Positions 52,001 to 63,689 of a stretch of DNA of 64,000 bases are shown piece after piece (position 1 is the stretch's first letter; every line of letters begins with the position of its first letter). The stretch is from Macrostomum lignano. Its lineage: Eukaryota. Where the stretch lies: the NCBI GenBank assembly GCA_002269645.1, contig NIVC01001984.1, forward strand, positions 124,001 to 188,000. The letters run 5' to 3'. The notes under the pieces were generated by a model. The model ran no database searches. It was not told the DNA's origin and saw only the letters and a program-made list of their open reading frames with translations. A program made the position numbers and the translations under genes.

Positions 52001-55000
52001 AGATCAGGTGAGGCTAGCGCCAAGATCAGATGAGGCTAGCGCCAAGATCAGATCAAGGTAGCGCCAAGATCAGGTGAGGCTAGCGCCAAGATCAGGTGAG
52101 GGTAGCGCCAAGATCAGATCAAGGTAGCGCCAAGATCAGGGTAAGGCTAGCGCCAAGATCAGTCAGGGAAGTGCAACGATGTTGTCAAGCAAGCACCGAA
52201 ATCTTGAGGCGTCCTTAGAATTTCCCAGCGAAGCGCTTTAGGTATGATTTTAAAGATAATGACGTCATTTTCAACGAAAAATTACTTTTTAAGGCAATAT
52301 GCAGCTGATGCTACTCACAAACTACTGTTCAGTGCCTGTAAATAACTTTTCTAAGCTAAACTAAGCCAAATTCTTGATTAAACGATAACAGCTAATCCGG
52401 AGGCCTGCTCCCAGGATTTAAAGACCAACTGTACTCAATATCAAACTCCGAGCGAGCAGTACTTTGAGTAAGTGAAGGTGCAATTAAAACTGATTCAGTA
52501 TTTTTGGGTCAATTTCTCGGCTGACATCCCTAAATCTTGATGTTTAACTTTTCAACTTTTTAACTTTTTAACTTTGCGCAGACGAGTGATGCTGGGCTAC
52601 ACCAGTTTAAACGGAGCAATCAAGAAAATGTCGGACCCCATCGGACCGCCGCAATGGCACGTGACCTTGTGCCTGCTGTTGGCCTGGATCATCATCTACG
52701 CGTGCCTGCTCAAGGGAGTCAAGACTTCTGGGAAGGTTTGTGCTTTTGAGATGCATCTGAAATTGTGTTTACAGTAGTCAGATCAAGGTTTGTACTTTAG
52801 CAATGCATCTGAAATTGTTTTTAAATTGGTCAGGTCAAGGTTTGTACTTTAGCATTGCATCTGAAATTGTGTTTACAGTGGTCAGGTCAAGGTTTGTACT
52901 TTAGCAATGCATCTGAAATTGTGTTTACAGTAGTCAGGTCAAGGTTTGTACTTTAGCAATGCATCTGAAATTGTGTTTACAGTTGTCAAGTCAAGGTTTG
53001 TGTGTTTGTGATGCACCTGATATTGTGTTTACAGGTCTGTGAGGTCGTGACTCTGACTTGTAAATAAACGGGTCTGACAGCTAGACGTGTTTGAAAACAC
53101 GTGTGTTAAAAGGTGACATTACAGATGACATTTGGTATTGATAATGCCGGTACTATCTGACGAATAAACGGACGCTGTCTTCACCTTCCCAGGTGGTGTA
53201 CTTCACCGCCACATTTCCCTATCTCGTGCTGGTGATTCTCCTCATTCGCGGCGTCACGCTGGAGGGCGCCAAGGACGGCATACTTTTTTACTTGAAACCG
53301 GACTTCAGCCTGTTACTTACATCTGAGGTGATCTGTTTTGGTTTTGCTAACAGCAGGTGTTAAGTGTTTATTTAGAAGCCGCAATTCCTGGAAATTTGTT
53401 TTCAAGATCTGGTCTGCGGCGGCGGTGCAGATTTTCTACTCGCTTGGCGTCGCCTTCGGCTGCCTGACGACCATGTCCAGTTATAACAAGTTTCGGAACA
53501 ATTGCTACAAGTGAGTCGCTTAGCTCAATGAGTCTGCTTCTTTTAGCGATCAATAAAGTAACGTTTATTGCTACGTAATCTCGCCACCAGTGATGGATGC
53601 AGTTCTAAAACTGGGGGGGGAGTGCCCTTGCGCACAAAATTGACCTCATGTTACGTCGTCTGACTCTCGAGAAACCGAGTGCTTACATGCCTGTCAATGA
53701 GAAACTCAGAGTCTCTGTACACCTTGAATGAGCATAACTTTTCATCCTCAACAAACCCAACGATCGTCACTGCAGAGATGTCCTCATCGTAGCGGGCATC
53801 AACAGCGGCACGTCAATATTCGCCGGTTTCGCCATCTTCTCGGTGATCGGTTTCATGGCGCACAAGACGGGCTTGCCGGTGGCCGAGGTGACCAAGAGCG
53901 GTCCGGGCCTGGCGTTCGTCGCCTATCCCGAGGGCCTCGCCGCCATGCCCGTCGCTCCGCTGTGGAGCGTGCTGTTCTTCATCATGATCATAACGCTGGG
54001 CGTCGATTCGCAGTTTGCTTTCGTTGAGAATGTGCTCACGACTTGCATGGACGAGTGGCCCTGGTTGCAGGAGAACTTCACTAAGCAGGCAATATTCAAG
54101 TCAGTCGTGTGCCTTGTCATGTTTCTGCTTGGCATTCCAATGTGCTGTCCTGGAGGAATTTACTATTTCTCAATGCTTAACGACTACTGCGCTTACTATA
54201 ACCTGTTCGTCGTGGCTATCGTAGAGATGCTCGGAATCTCATACCTGTACGGGATTAAAAACTTTCTGAACGACATTCAGATGATGCTGGGATTCCGTCC
54301 GGGGCCTTACTGGATCGCCTGTTGGCTTGGGATCACTCCGGCTCTCATTTTGGTAAGATTTCCTCAAACTAGAGTTGAAAGCAGACGTGGGGTGGATTCA
54401 AAATAATTTCAAGGTCACTTGAAGTTGCTGTTGTTATTTTCGTCGTTATAGTTAAAAGCTGTTGACACGTGACTTATCTTACGTTCAAGAAGCCTGAGTG
54501 AAAGTAGTTTTAAGGCTGTAACTTTTTGGCAACTTCTGCGGGTATGTCACGACCCAGTTATGATGATTGAACATGTACGCTCGTATGTCGGAACATGCAA
54601 TAAGCAAAAATTCAAATGTAGCCTTAGTCAGCTTAACTAAGGACCTCATCAATCGCGTGCGCACACGTTAGAAGCAGTCTTCTCGCGCACCGGATAAATT
54701 AAAGAGTACATGTAGCTTCATACTTTTCTGTCTCTGGCTTACTATAGTTAGTCGACATAAGATTTTTACGGTAGCGCATCTTAAAATCGATGTCAATCAA
54801 CCCGCAGTTCATTGCGATCTTCTCGCTGGTCAAGTACCAATCGCCAAGCTACAACTCGGAGCCGTTCACCATTTGGGGCGAAGCGATGTGCTGGCTGATG
54901 ATGGTTGGCTCTGTGCTCTTCATCCCCTGCTGCGGAATCTGCGAGGTCTGGCGTCGGGGTGGACTGACTGCCGCTCTCAAGGAGACGCCCGATTGGGGCC

Positions 55001-55732
55001 CGCCTGTGGAGGCCTTCTGGCTGGAAAGCGATAAGTATCGAGAAAAGCTGAAACAGATGAACACGTAAGTAAAACAAAGCTTTTGAAGCTGTACGGGCAT
55101 TGATTTTTTGTTCCAAGATAGCGTACATTGATTTCTGACATTCACGCGATCAACGCGTGATCTCAAGGTTTGCAAACCTACACAGTGTACATTTATTCCA
55201 AGCACGATTAACATTAAGGGCGTACGCTTGATTTCAAGGTCACAGCGCTTGAATCTAATTTTAACGCGCGATCAACGCGTGATTTCAAGGTCACCAGCCT
55301 ACGCTGTGCGGCACACATTTAATTGACACCACATACGCGTGATTTCTACGTAACACGCTTGGATGTACTTGAAATTCTCTCATGCAATCAACGGCGTGAT
55401 TCAAGGGTCAACCACTTAAACAAATTCTAACACGTGATCAACGTGTGGATTTATAGGCCTCAAGAAAGCGTATGTTACGAGCTATATCTAGATACACACC
55501 AATGCAAGGAACCACTTCAAAATTAAAATGATATATAAATTCAAGGAATGTTAAAATGTACCAGCAAACCCTCTTTAGTTATTTTCTGTGCATAATTTAC
55601 ATTCACGTCAATCTTCTCGACTATATTTAACTAACTGTCAGGCCAGCTACAGATCCCGTGACAGGACATGAAAACCGGCCGGGTGTTGACGATTTCAGCC
55701 AGCCCTCGAACACGAAGGAAACCAAAACGTAA
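49031..55732 (+). CDS. SLC6 amino-acid transporter, copy B (inverted paralog of copy A), ~640 aa; exons 49031-49033 (ATG), 49655-49961, 51010-51228, 52392-52467, 52582-52735, 53193-53327, 53407-53510, 53776-54352, 54808-55064, 55642-55732
   Basis: Internal exon lengths are identical to copy A (307, 219, 76, 154, 135, 104, 577, 257). GT-AG introns; total 1923 nt, ending in TAA at 55730-55732. Confidence 0.93.
50650..50885. repeat. ~23-bp minisatellite (CCTGTTCCTGAAGCTCTAACTAC), expanded only in SLC6 copy B
   Basis: About 10 units; copy A has only 2-3 degenerate units at ~46020-46130. Confidence 0.88.
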
Positions 55733-56699
55733 CAACAGATGCGTTTCGGAAAGAAGACTCAGAATCAACTTTGAAAAAGAAAACGTTGAATGCCACTAAT
55801 ATTACCTCACTGAAAACATTCCAGAAGCACGCGGGATTGATTTTTCCGGATTTGATGGGTTCCACACCCGCATTTTTACGTAAGCCACAGCCGTCCAAAT
55901 CGGTTTGTGAAAATTTCATTTAAAAACTCTAAAAATAAACTAACGGAAAAATGTGAATGCTTGTCCAACATCCGTTTAATGTGGACAAGCAATTTTTTGT
56001 TGCTTCTATCTCTCCAATTTCAAGCTTTTTTAGTCCTTGCAGATAGTTTAATTTAAATTGCAGTTTATTTTAGGCAACTACCATGTAGTTTTGTCACCTG
56101 TTATTGTCACATTGGCACACAACCGGCGAGAGGCATTGCTGTCCATTCAGCCGACTCCCCTGAGCAGGCACACAAGCGCGCGGATACGTACATGTACGCA
56201 GGCACACACTCACACAGGAGTGTACAGCGGCCCTATAACTTTATTATGGTTAGGCATGTACACTTTTCACTGCGCCTTGAGGGTTTGGCTATGCCTCGCA
56301 TGCATTGCATTCACCGACTTCTTCCTCATCATTTTCCCCTGATATTCAATCAGCAAGTTGTCTATGGTAAAAGCTTCCAAATCGATTATAAAAGCCAATT
56401 AATTGTGCATGATTAAAATTGTTATAACGTTAAGTTTTGCTCAGCATGCAGTCAATTAAATAGTTTTGCAGTTTTACCATTGTAGCCAAAATGAATGTCT
56501 GCAGCGCCAAAATGATCAACACCGATTCCCAAAATAATATAGTAAATTGGTCATGTACATGTAGAATTCTCGGCTTTGGCCCCCGGCCTCCCACAATAAA
56601 ATCCATACTGGAAAATTGCACCCCCGTTTTCATACATGTGCATGTATTTACGAGTATGTCAAATCATGTATATGTCAAAAATATGAAAAACTTAATTGT

Positions 56700-56960
56700 T
56701 CAAAGGGGGTCAGAGCGTCGGACTCACGACTTGAAAGTCGGAGGTTCGATTCCCGATCTCACTGGAACATGCAATTTGTGTCCTTGAGCAAGACACCTGA
56801 CTCTGCATGGGCTTCAGTCCACCCAGCTGTAAAATGGGTGCCAGCTTTAGCTGGGGTAATTGAGGGTGCGTGTGGCGACCCCCCAGTCCTTGGACTGAAC
56901 AGCCGTACGCAGCCTTCAGATGCGCCGCGCAATAGCTGCGGCTGAGCTGTCGGTTGCACA
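56700..56960 (+). mobile_element. tRNA-derived SINE with a CORE-like central domain
   Basis: tRNA-like head with B-box GGTTCGATTCCC, then GTGTCCTTGAGCAAGACAC..GTCCACCCAGCTGTAAAATGGGT, which resembles the conserved CORE-type SINE domain. Exact superfamily unverified. Confidence 0.72.
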
Positions 56961-57442
56961 TCTGGCCATTAGGCAGACTCTTGACTTGTTGTTGTTGGTT
57001 TCAATGTACATTACACATGTAACTCAAATCAGAAAAGTCAGAAAATTTTCATAATGCTTTAATTAAGAGATAAAATATGTTGTTTATTGAATATGTTGTA
57101 TTTATAGTGGATATAGGGTATATACAGAATAAATATGTCAGTTTTAATAATCGTTTTAAACAATTTTTTTGCAGCAACGTATGACAAAAAGTCTGACAGA
57201 GACGTATGACAGAGCACCTTCTATGGCGCGCGATGAATATTGTATTGTGGTTCGAATAAGTTCAACAAAAATTGAGCGATTTGTTAAAGAAAAAAATGTA
57301 CAGAAAATTAAAAAAAATACAAATAAGCAAATGTTTGTCTTTTTTATGCACAATCGCTGATTATAAGCTTTTATTCTTACTACTCTACTTAACTGAAATG
57401 TAAGTAGTGTAGTTTGCGTGTTTTCTGGAATTGATTTTTTCA

Positions 57443-60400
57443 TTAAACAAAGCTGGCTTCAGTGTACGGACTAAATGGAGCTCTCTGCTGCATCGCGTGC
57501 AACTGCTGTTGCTGCGTCTGCTGCAATGGAAATCCCGCGGATTTTCCGTCGACACTGAACCCGCCTCGGGGCAGAGTGTGGCTCTGCCGGCGCGGCTGGG
57601 GTGTCGATAAGACGGCGCGATTTCCGCCGACACCGCCGCGGCCCTCGATTTCGTAATAACGATGCGACATTGGCTGTTGCTGCTGTTGCAGAGTCTGCTT
57701 TTTCTGGCCTTGGCTGGGCTGATGCTGCTGTTGCGATGAAGAGTCCAGAGTCTGGTAGTGCTGAGACAGCGGCTGACGGCGGGACGAAACAGCGACAGTT
57801 GACTGGCGGGGAAGCTCCGAGTCAGTGGCACCGCCTGGAAGGTGAAATGATCGGGATCCACCCAGATTTGATTTGAGATCTACTCAGCACTGAATCGGGA
57901 TCTACTCAGCACTGAATCGGGATCTACTTAACACTGAATCGGGATCTACTCAACACTGAATTGGGATCTAATCAAAATTGAATTTGGATCTACTCAGGAT
58001 TATTGAATCAGGATCTACTCAGCACTGAATCGGGATCTACTCAACACTGAATCGGGATCTACTCAGCACTGAATCGGGATCTACTCAACACTGAATCGGG
58101 ATCTACTCAGCACTGAATCGGGATCTACTCAGCACTGAATCGGGATCTACTCAGCACTGAATCGGGATCTACTCAACACTGAATCGGGATCTATTTAACA
58201 CTTAATTGGGATCTACTCAGCACTGAACCGGGATCTACTCAGCACTGAATCGGGATCTACTCAGCACTGAATCGGGATCTACTCAACACTTAATTGGGAT
58301 CTACTCAGCACTGAACCGGGATCTACTCAGCACTGAATCGGGATCTACTCAACACTGAATTGGGATTTACTCAACACTTAATTGGGATCTACTCAGCACT
58401 GAATTGGGATCTACTCAACACTGAATTGGGATTTACTCAACACTTAATTGGGATCTACTCAGCACTGAATTGGGATCTACTCAGCACTGAATCGGGATCT
58501 ACTCAACACTGAATTGGGATCTACTCAACACTGAATCGGGATCTACTCAGCACTGAATCGGGATCTACTCAACACTGAATTGGGATTTACTCAACACTTA
58601 ATTGGGATCTACTCAGCACTGAACCGGGATCTACTCAGCACTGAATCGGGATCTACTCAACACTGAATTGGGATTTACTCAACACTTAATTGGGATCTAC
58701 TCAGCACTGAATTGGGATCTACTCAGCACTGAATCGGGATCTACTCAACACTGAATTGGGATTTACTCAACACTTAATTGGGATCTACTCAGCACTGAAT
58801 TGGGATCTACTCAACACTGAATTGGGATTTACTCAACACTTAATTGGGATCTACTCAGCACTGAATTGGGATCTACTCAGCACTGAATCGGGATCTACTC
58901 AACACTGAATTGGGATCTACTCAACACTGAATCGGGATCTACTCAGCACTGAATCGGGATCTACTCAACACTGAATTGGGATCTACTCAACACTGAATTG
59001 GGATCTACTCAGCACTGAATTGGGATCTACTCAACACTGAATCGGGATCTACTCAACACTGAATCGGGATCTACTCAGCACTGAATCGGGATCTACTCAA
59101 CACTGAATCGGGATCTACTCAACACTGAATCGGGATCTACTCAGCACTGAATCGGGATCTACTCAACACTGAATCGGGATCTACTCAGCACTGAATCGGG
59201 ATCTACTCAGCACTGAATCGGGATCTACTCAGCACTGAATCGGGATCTACTCAGCACTGAATCGGGATCTACTCAGCACTGAATCGGGATCTACTTAGCA
59301 CTGAATTGGGATCTCAGGAACAATCCTGAGCAGCAATAACAGGTGTCACTCACCCAGACTCAGACTAGCTGAAGAGTACAGCCGATCCCGAGTGACAGTC
59401 GCGTGTTTGAGTTTGTTAAGCTGAAGCATCTGCTGCTGGTGCTGCAACTGCTGAGCGCTGCTGTAGGCTCCGTAATCATCCTGTGTTACAAATTGTGTTA
59501 CAATATTATTTTTCATGACAAACTGTGGCAGGTTCTAATGCGATTTAGCTGGCCAAGTTTTAATTGGGGATTTGGATTAGGGATCTCTTTTAGTGAATTC
59601 TATCTGATTTGTACTTCCCGACTGCGCTGTCTATCTTCTCTCCCTCTCCTCTCTGCCTTGCCTCCTCTTGCTCTCTTCTTTCCCTCTTTTCTCTCCCTCT
59701 TTTCTCTCCTCTCCCTCTCCTCTCTCCTTACTCTGCTCCCTATCCCCCTCTCTACCTCTCCCCTCTCCTCCTCTCTCCTCTCCCTCCCCTCTTCACCTCT
59801 TCTCTCCCTCTCCCCCTCCCCTTTTCCTCTCTCCTCTCCATCCCTCTCCCTCTCTTCTCTCCATTCTCCCTTCCCTTTTATCATTCTACTCCCCTTAATT
59901 ACACACTCAACACCGGCAACCTCATCTCACCCCATCCTCAACTTTCTTTCATGTTGATCGCAAACGTTTCCCATTTAGCAACCATTTTTTCCTACAACTA
60001 TCACCATCCTCCCCTTTATCTACATCACTAATCATTGATGCTCAAAGCTCCATTTCTTTCTCCTTTGCATTGGACACAAAGAACTGATTTTGAACTTGCA
60101 TACTTGCTCCAACCTAAAGCTAGACCTGCCCCAACTCAAACACTCATTAATAATAACCAGTTTAAAAAAATCAGTCATATCCAATCCATACGAAAAATAT
60201 ACCAACTAAAGTATAAAAAATATGAAGCTCATAAAATCTATACACAAGGGACTACGAGTATAAATATTCTCGTTAGGCGAGAGGATCCGACACAAAATTA
60301 ATACTCTCTCGTATCACCCCGGCGTCCCCAATAAAATCAGTCCGAGAGCTGCATCATTAATCTACTGGGCAACAAATTAGTTATAACAAAAAAGATAGCC

Positions 60401-63400
60401 AGTCCCCTCTGTATGCAGCAGTGGGTTCTGAGTCCGCTCGAGCGGTCAAGACTTTAATCAGGATGAACAAAAAGTACTCAAGGGTTACCCCCGCTACTTA
60501 CAGTTTATATCCCCTGTGACCCTGTCGCTTCAGTTTTTCCCAGACTCATACCCTTCATTTAACTTTACCTTGATTTATTAAGTTTACTATTTACAGAATT
60601 AATAAAATAAAATTTACCTCAACGTTGAAGTTTGTCTTATAAGTTGGCGGGCAGTAATAAGGACTTTGCTGGTCAATCATCTTTGCGTGCACACTGTCGG
60701 GATCTGAAGTTGAGCATTGTTTATTGGGATTTTTTACAAAATTAAATCCTTTTTATTTATGCTTTATTGGGATCAATGAGATTGGGATCTGTGAGATTGG
60801 GATCTGTGAGATTGGGATCTGTGAGATTGGGATCTGTGGGATTGGGATTTGTGAGATTGGGATCTGTGGGATTGGGATCTGTGAGATTGGGATCTATAGG
60901 ATTGGGATCTGTGGGATTTGGGATCTGTGGGATTGGGATCTGTGAGTGAGATTGGGATCAATGAGATTGAGATCTGTGAGATTGGGATCTGTGAGTGAGA
61001 TTGGGATCTGTGAGTGAGATTGGGATCAATGAGATTGAGATCTGTGAGATTGGGATCTGTGGGGTTGGGATCTGTGGGGTTGGGATCTGTGGGGTTGGGA
61101 TCTATGGGGTTGGGATCTGTGGGATTTGGATCTGTGAGATTGGGATCTGTGAGATTGGGATCTGTGAGATTGGGATCTATGAGATTGGGATCTGTGGGAT
61201 TTGTGGGATTGGGATCTGTGAGTGAGATTGGGATCTGAGGGGTTTGGGATCTATGAGATTGGGAGCTGTGAGATTGGGATCAATGAGATTGGGATCTGTG
61301 AGATTGGGATCTGTGGGGTTGGGATCTGTGGGGTTGGGATCTGTGAGATTGGGATCTGTGATGTTGGGATCTGTGGGATTGGGATCTGTGGGATTGGGAT
61401 CTGTGAGATTGGGATCTGTGAGATTGGGATCTGTGGGGTTGGGATCTGTGAGATTAGAATCTGTAGGATTGGGATATGTAAGATTTAATACTGTTTTCAG
61501 CTCCTCACCGACTTCAGTCGCCAGCCTCCCAGCTTGGAGGGTGCCAGTTCCGCAGGCGGCACCAGCAGCCCCAGCAGCAGCCGCTGTCCTGCTATTCAAT
61601 GCAGCGGCCGAGGCCCTTCGCCGGACAATGAGGCAGACGATAGCAAAACAAGCTGCAACCAGCAGCAGCAGTGTCACCACCAGGCAGATGATGACGGACT
61701 CGTTGCTGAACGCCAACAGCGACCCATTCCCGTAGTTATTGACATTGTGCGGCGATCGGCCATTTGTCAAGCTGGAGTCGCCTCCTCTGAAGGCAGCGTC
61801 GGCCGCAGTCTGGGCCGGGATCTCCGCTCGATATTCAACCGGTTGAGAGCACATACGGGGCTGGCCTAGGTCGCAGGCTCGAATGCTGAGAGGCAATTTG
61901 ATGCTGTGAGTAGATTGGCCAGGTAATTGTCGGATGTTGTGCAGAGGCTGGCTGACCAGGATGCTGCCCGTGTCCGAGTGAACGCCGAACCGCTGGTCTG
62001 AGCTGTTCAAGAGCTCGTACACCACCTGCGAGAGGGAGGTGGAGAAGGAGAGATGAGATAAAAATGGCACGGATTTAATTTTTTCTTAGCGACTTGGGAA
62101 TTTAGAAACTTGGATATTATAAATTATGGGTTCTGTGGGGTTGGGATTTGGGATCAATTGGATTGGGATCTGTGAGATTGGGATCTGTGGGATTGGAATC
62201 TGTGGGGTTGGGAGCTGTGTTATTGGAATCTGTGAGATTGGGATCTGTGGGATTGGGATCTGTGGGATTGGGATCTGTGGGATTGAGATCTGTGAGATTG
62301 GGATCTGTGGGATTGGGATCTGTGGGATTGGGATCTGTGGGGTTGGGAGCTGTAAGATTGGGATCTGTGGGATTGGGATCTGTGGGATTGGGATCTGTGG
62401 GATTGGGATCTGTGGGATTGGGATCTGTGGGGTTGGGAGCTGTGTTATTGGAATCTGTTAGATTGGGATCTGTGAGGTTGGGAGCTGTGTTATTGGAATC
62501 TGTGAGATTGGGATCTGTGAGGTAGGGATCTGTGGGATTGGGATCTGTGGGGTTGGGAGCTGTGTTATTGGAATCTGTGAGATTAGAATTTGTGGGAATG
62601 GGATCTGTGAGGTAGGGATCTGTGGGATTAGGATCTGTGAGGTAGGGATCTGTGAGATTGGGATGTGGGATTGGGAACTGTGGGGTTGGGATCTGTGTTA
62701 TTGGAATCTGTGAGATTGGGATCTGTGGGATTGGGATCTGTGGGATTGGGATCTGTGGGATTGGGATCTGTGAGATTGAGATCTGTGGGATTGGGATCTG
62801 TGGGGTTGGGAGCTGTGAGATTGGGATCTGTGGGATTGGGATCTGTGGGATTGGGATCTGTGGGATTGGGATCTGTGGGGTTGGGAGCTGTAAGATTGGG
62901 ATCTGTGGGATTGGGATCTGTGGGATTGGGATCTGTGGGGTTGGGAGCTGTGTTATTGGAATCTGTGAGATTGGGATCTGTGAGGTTGGGAGCTGTGTTA
63001 TTGGAATCTGTGAGATTGGGATCTGTGAGGTTGGGAGCTGTGTTATTGGAATCTGTGAGATTGGGATCTGTGAGGTAGGGATCTGTGGGATTGGGATCTG
63101 TAGGGTTGGGGGAGCTGTGTTATTGGAATCTGTGAGATTAGAATTTGTGGGATTGGGATCTGTGAGGTAGGGATCGGTGGGATTGGGATCTGTGAGGTAG
63201 GGATCTGTGAGATTAGGATGTGGGATTGGGAACTGTGGGGTTGGGATCTGAGGGGTTGGGATCTAAAGGATTAGGATCTATAGTATCTATAGGATCCTGG
63301 TCTGGGATCTCTGTGATTTTCAGTTTACAGCTAAGGTATTTACAGCTGAGCACACAGAGCTCAGTGTCCCGAACCTTCTGGTTAATTCCCTCATCCGGGT

Positions 63401-63630
63401 CATCGGCCACCACATGGCCGATCCGGTGTCCGGGCTCCAGTTGATTGACAACAAACTCGGCTGGAAACTCTGGCGGATCAATTCGCAGCGAAGGCGCATT
63501 GTCGTTGACGTCGTCCACAGTGATGGTCACGTGACAGGTGCCGGTGAGTTGCAGACCTCGTTGCTGAGGCTGGTCCTCCGCCAGGACGCGAAAGGAATAG
63601 TGGGATCGGAGCTCGCGGTCCAGGGCCGCT
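57443..63630 (-). CDS. Protocadherin-like cadherin-superfamily protein, 3' part; exons 63630-63375, 62025-61509, 60703-60618, 59480-59354, 57834-57443; 5' exons outside window
   Basis: Cadherin motifs LDRE, DVNDNAP, ADDPDEGINQK|VVYEL, ACDLGQP; TM segment VIICLVVTLLLLVAACFAIVCLIV followed by RRR. Intron phases 0,1,0,1 are all compatible. C-terminus TEASFV* looks like a PDZ ligand. Confidence 0.88.
57880..59310. repeat. 22-bp minisatellite (GGATCTACTCAGCACTGAATCG)
   Basis: About 64 units in the last protocadherin intron. Confidence 0.97.
59620..59940. repeat. CT-rich polypyrimidine low-complexity tract
   Basis: Direct reading of the sequence. Confidence 0.85.
60765..61480. repeat. 15-bp minisatellite (ATTGGGATCTGTGAG/GGG)
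   Basis: Tandem units in a protocadherin intron. Confidence 0.95.
62125..63320. repeat. 15-bp minisatellite, same family as 60765-61480
   Basis: Tandem units in the neighbouring upstream intron. Confidence 0.95.
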
Positions 63631-63689
63631 CTGGGTGCGATGGCAAGATGTATAATTGTAAATACATTTAACTAACCAGCTAAGGCATG

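Noticed and set aside
40925-55732. SLC6 inversion as a pure assembly artefact (fold-back read or haplotig)
   Set aside because: The arms differ in terminal exons, one whole intron, array sizes and clustered coding substitutions, and both keep intact frames. A fold-back chimera would be uniformly near-identical. Long-read confirmation is still desirable.
60724-63170. GICEI / LGSVR pentapeptide-repeat ORFs
   Set aside because: 15-bp intronic minisatellite between protocadherin exons that splice in frame without it.
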